64,000 bases of DNA from an uncultured virus (IMG/VR IMGVR_UViG_3300031867_000012) (taxonomy: Duplodnaviria; Heunggongvirae; Uroviricota; Caudoviricetes). The notes beneath the pieces were generated by a model, which saw nothing but the letters and a program-made list of their open reading frames with translations, had not been told where the DNA came from and did no database searches. A program made the translations under genes and the position numbers. The stretch lies in the IMG/VR virus record IMGVR_UViG_3300031867_000012, one strand, 5' to 3'. How positions within the stretch are numbered: the first letter of the stretch is position 1; every line of letters begins with the position of its first letter. This document shows, in pieces, positions 60,874 to 64,000 of the stretch.

Positions 60874-60942
60874 TCAGGGATGATTGAGTTAAACAACCGT
60901 CTCATAGTAAAATCCATGGCTCTATCGTTGAGCTAATCCCTG
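60874..60942 (-). tRNA. degenerate tRNA with 6-nt anticodon loop ATTTTA
   Basis: CAGGGAT/ATCCCTG and GCTC/GAGC stems intact; D-loop GG and T-loop TTC are mutated. Confidence 0.6.
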
Positions 60943-60945
60943 AAT

Positions 60946-61094
60946 ACACATGGCTCTTTCGGAGTTTTTGGGCTTCTAATCCTTCAAGTTGCTCCTCAAA
61001 CTAAAGGTATCACAGACCATGTACTTATGATACGAGACTTACGATTCTCCCTAAACCCGTAGCCTTAGGCTCTTTCGATTTGTAAACATGTATA
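60946..61094 (-). ncRNA. unknown structured intergenic RNA
   Basis: Relatively GC-rich, no ORF, duplicated CGAAAGAGCC, pairings TACATG/CATGTG and GTATCA/TGATAC. Confidence 0.4.
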
Positions 61095-61112
61095 CCTATT
61101 TACAACTATAGG

Positions 61113-61201
61113 CGGAGAGCAGAGGAATCGAACCTCATCCGGTTATTAGCCGAACGCATTGCTTAGCAGGCAACCGCTATCACCGTCAAGCGTTACTCTC
61201 C
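61113..61201 (-). tRNA. tRNA-Ser(GCT)
   Basis: GGAGAGT/GCTCTCC acceptor, G73, TTGC-CT GCT AA-GCAA, long variable arm. Confidence 0.9.
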
Positions 61202-61205
61202 AAAT

Positions 61206-61580
61206 TTATGATAAATTACTAAACCATTTGCATATATCATTAAAAGCATCATTAACAGAAGAATAATAAACAATAATATCATCTAATTTAAAATAATAAA
61301 ATGTTTCTCCAGCACCTTGATTACTTTCTTCTATTTCAGCAGTATCAAAAATTTCTTTAGGTATGATTTTTTTATAATAATCTAATTCATCTGTATCATC
61401 AGACATAACACAAAAATGGAATTTATGATCATTTTTAATATTTTCAAATTCTCCATATTGTCTTCCGAATTTTTGATATAATTTTTTAGCTAATTCATTA
61501 ATTTCTTCTTTACTAAAACCTATTTTAGTATTCTTATTTATGGTAAGTTTTTCATTTATAAAACAATTTAATTCTTTCAT
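61206..61580 (-). CDS. putative virion internal protein
   Basis: N-terminus MKELNCFINEKL. Confidence 0.6.
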   Translation of the reverse strand: MKELNCFINEKLTINKNTKIGFSKEEINELAKKLYQKFGRQYGEFENIKNDHKFHFCVMSDDTDELDYYKKIIPKEIFDTAEIEESNQGAGETFYYFKLDDIIVYYSSVNDAFNDICKWFSNLS

Positions 61581-61592
61581 TATTTAATTATT

Positions 61593-62261
61593 CTATTTCT
61601 TTGTTATTGCTTCTGCTGGAATATTTGAATATATAAATACTGATTCTTTTTCTTCCATATAATCATCTGTATAGAAATCAATATTATTTAATTTATCTTT
61701 ATCTATTTCAAATATAGTAACACCATATTCATCTATATCAAATTCATTAAGAATTTTCTTAATGAATTTTTCAATATTTTTATCATCATTAATATTCTTA
61801 GGTGTTATATTCTTATCTGTTGAATATAAATAAACTCTTTTAGGGAAATATCTATATTCACCATTCTTAGATCTTAAACCATTATTCAATATAGATTCCT
61901 CATTATTACCAGTTGTAAAATGGTAAAGATGTTTAGTTTTATTTACTTGTTCAGTTACCTTTTCTGAATATAATGGACTAACAACAAGTGAATCATAGAA
62001 TTCTTTTGTTATATAGTAATTATAGAATTGCAATAAACTAATGAATTTCTCATCATTCTTGATTTTATTCATATCAGAATAATTATCTAATTCAATTAAG
62101 AATGATTTATTATCATATCTATTCTTTAATGATTTCTTTTCTAATGTTGAATAAAAATCAAATCTATAATTTGGAAAATATTCTTTTATCTTTTTTTGTA
62201 GTTTATTTGCATCATGTGTTTTAAGATTTTCATTAACTACAAATGATTCTAATTTAATCAT
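61593..62261 (-). CDS. ADP-ribosyltransferase-fold protein (Tpt1/KptA- or DarT-like)
   Basis: LYHFT...ESILNNGL, RVYLY, FYTD...VF...NIP; CTS-like N-terminus; TAG stop. Confidence 0.55.
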   Translation of the reverse strand: MIKLESFVVNENLKTHDANKLQKKIKEYFPNYRFDFYSTLEKKSLKNRYDNKSFLIELDNYSDMNKIKNDEKFISLLQFYNYYITKEFYDSLVVSPLYSEKVTEQVNKTKHLYHFTTGNNEESILNNGLRSKNGEYRYFPKRVYLYSTDKNITPKNINDDKNIEKFIKKILNEFDIDEYGVTIFEIDKDKLNNIDFYTDDYMEEKESVFIYSNIPAEAITKK

Positions 62262-62286
62262 AAAAGGATATATTTAAATATATTTG

Positions 62287-62393
62287 TGGTGATATATTGG
62301 ATTCGAACCAACGTGGGATATCTTAGTTTCCTTAGATCCGAAAAAACTTAGTACTGTGTCTAGCCTCTGTACAATTGCCTTAATATACTCCCA
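62287..62393 (-). ncRNA. highly divergent tRNA-like element
   Basis: TTGG-TTCGAAT-CCAA T arm, imperfect acceptor, TAAGG after the acceptor as in 57938-58016. Confidence 0.45.
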
Positions 62394-62399
62394 TGATAA

Positions 62400-63464
62400 T
62401 TATTTAATAAATTCTTTATTTATGAAATCAAATAATTTTTCAAAATGTAATTTATTTTCTTTGTTAACATAAATTAATGTGTTTTGTGGTGTTCTATTTA
62501 TTTCAATAATTAAATTTCTACCATTTTTACAATGCATTAAATCAACCCCACACCATATCATTCCTGTAGCTTTAGCCGCTTTTAATGCTAATTCTTTTTG
62601 TTCGGGCGTTAATTCTATTTGGGATAAAGTTGCTCCTAAATGGGCATTACATCTAAAATCACCAGATATTTTATTTCTTTGAATACATATAAGTATTTCT
62701 TGATTATCATTATGAGTTAAAACTTCTATTCTAATATCTGCTTCACATTCTTCCTTTTCTTGTATAATAAATTTTTGATCTGGTTTTAATTTAAAACATG
62801 TTTGCATTATAGAATATATTTCTTCACCATTACACATAAATACCCCTATACCACATGAACCATCTGGAATTTTAACAACAAATTCATAATTATCTTTATT
62901 ATTTGGAGTTATGTCTTTATAAATATCTTTTAATTTTTTAAAAAATGTTTCTTTATCTTTAATATCTGATTTGGTTATTATACAAAATGCTGGCTGATCA
63001 ACATCATTTTTCTTTAATAATTCTGCAGTTTCACATTTATCAAATTTTCCTTCATCAGGTTTATTTATACATAAATAACCAATATCACTGATCTTTTTAG
63101 TAATTTCATTATTAGATTTATCAATTGATCTTATTAATACTAAACTTTCTTTTGATAAATTTTTATTAAATGTATGAGTTTTTCCATTAATATCGGTTAT
63201 TTCTGCTGATGTTTGATTTATTTTATATTTTAGGTTTTTAAAAGGAAATAAAACAACATCAATGTTTTTATATTGTTTAATAGCATTTAATTGAAACTTT
63301 TCCGGTTCTTCACCACCAAACATATATACTGTTTTAAACCAATAATCTTTATTATTTGATTTATCTTTATTTTTTATATCTATAACACTATCAACTTTTG
63401 TATTAAATTTTTTGTCATTATAAAGTGATGGATATTCTTTTAAGAGACTAGAAAATTTTTTCAT
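62400..63464 (-). CDS. RimK-like ATP-grasp ligase
   Basis: DKCET, VVKIPDGSCGIGV, IIQE, DIRI, FRCNAHLG, GVDL, IEIN. Confidence 0.85.
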   Translation of the reverse strand: MKKFSSLLKEYPSLYNDKKFNTKVDSVIDIKNKDKSNNKDYWFKTVYMFGGEEPEKFQLNAIKQYKNIDVVLFPFKNLKYKINQTSAEITDINGKTHTFNKNLSKESLVLIRSIDKSNNEITKKISDIGYLCINKPDEGKFDKCETAELLKKNDVDQPAFCIITKSDIKDKETFFKKLKDIYKDITPNNKDNYEFVVKIPDGSCGIGVFMCNGEEIYSIMQTCFKLKPDQKFIIQEKEECEADIRIEVLTHNDNQEILICIQRNKISGDFRCNAHLGATLSQIELTPEQKELALKAAKATGMIWCGVDLMHCKNGRNLIIEINRTPQNTLIYVNKENKLHFEKLFDFINKEFIK

Positions 63465-63465
63465 T

Positions 63466-64000
63466 TTAAAGATCTTCTTTATTTATTTGTATGCCTTTTT
63501 TATTATTTAGTTCATAACTAATAGAAGGATCTACTACTATGCCCATTTTGTTCATTGTTTCTCTATTTATTAAAATTTCAGTAGATTTAGTTCTATTATC
63601 AACTAATGCAAATTCAACATCTTTTAAATGTCTACTTCCAATAATTATTTCAGGAATTATAATTGTTTGTCTTGTTTCATGTGATTGACCAACAATTGCA
63701 TTAATTTGACCATGTCTATCAAAAACATATGTTTTATTTTTAATTTTCGCTTTAATTTTATTATTAGAAATATTTACTTCATCACATCCAATTGTTGATG
63801 CATATGTTCCATTTCCTGTATCAAATTTAGCAGTAAAATCGATAAATTCGTTCTTTAATTTTATTTTAATATTTTGTTCATATCCTATAGGGTATTTTAT
63901 TAAAGGCAAATTATTAATATCATTTATGTTATCTAATATTTCATCAAATAAATTGAATCCTAAAACTTTAGAAGCATCTTCAGTACCAGGAGATGCATTA
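63466..64000 (-). CDS. C-terminal part of a RimK-like ATP-grasp / retropepsin-like protease fusion (5' end outside the window)
   Basis: AKFDTGNG and LINR protease motifs; the frame is open upstream of 63909 to the window edge and reads NASPGTE, the ATP-grasp C-terminal motif. Confidence 0.75.
   Translation of the reverse strand, partial: NASPGTEDASKVLGFNLFDEILDNINDINNLPLIKYPIGYEQNIKIKLKNEFIDFTAKFDTGNGTYASTIGCDEVNISNNKIKAKIKNKTYVFDRHGQINAIVGQSHETRQTIIIPEIIIGSRHLKDVEFALVDNRTKSTEILINRETMNKMGIVVDPSISYELNNKKGIQINKEDL

Noticed and set aside
1..64000. Bacterial chromosome, given mnmA, ligA, M42 peptidase and tRNAs
   Set aside because: Housekeeping-like genes are isolated among dense small hypothetical ORFs, alongside a tail fibre and phage-type promoters, with no bacterial operon context.

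Overview
Very AT-rich, densely coded 64 kb segment of a jumbo/mega-phage genome. Its gene content (S1-domain protein, MnmA, sigma factor, NAD-dependent ligase, RimK-like ligases, tRNA array) most resembles Lak-like megaphages of gut Bacteroidales; this is inference, not verified by a search. Layout: plus-strand small accessory genes with an S1-like protein, M42 peptidase and MnmA (1-15.7 kb); a short minus block (15.7-17.8 kb); a sigma factor, large Asn/Tyr-rich proteins and a 3420-aa repeat-built tail-fibre-like protein (18-42.3 kb); then a long minus block with DNA ligase, RNA ligase, HAD phosphatases, a free-standing endonuclease, RimK-like genes and a tRNA/ncRNA array (57.8-62.4 kb). The most unusual signal is in that array. 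One conserved structured RNA module (P1-UAGUCA-P2-UACUUCGA...UAG-P2'-UUCU-P1') occurs three times: enclosing a circularly permuted tRNA with a UGA anticodon, as an intron-like insert in the D-loop of a tRNA with a UUG anticodon, and free-standing behind a promoter. Non-canonical tRNA-like genes (one with a UUA anticodon) lie beside it and RNA repair-type enzymes are encoded nearby. Also notable are about ten proteins, including the sigma factor, with T4-like capsid-targeting N-termini, a recurrent TTGAAT-N16/18-TATATT promoter, and near-absence of TAG stops, with one TAG apparently inside a reading frame.
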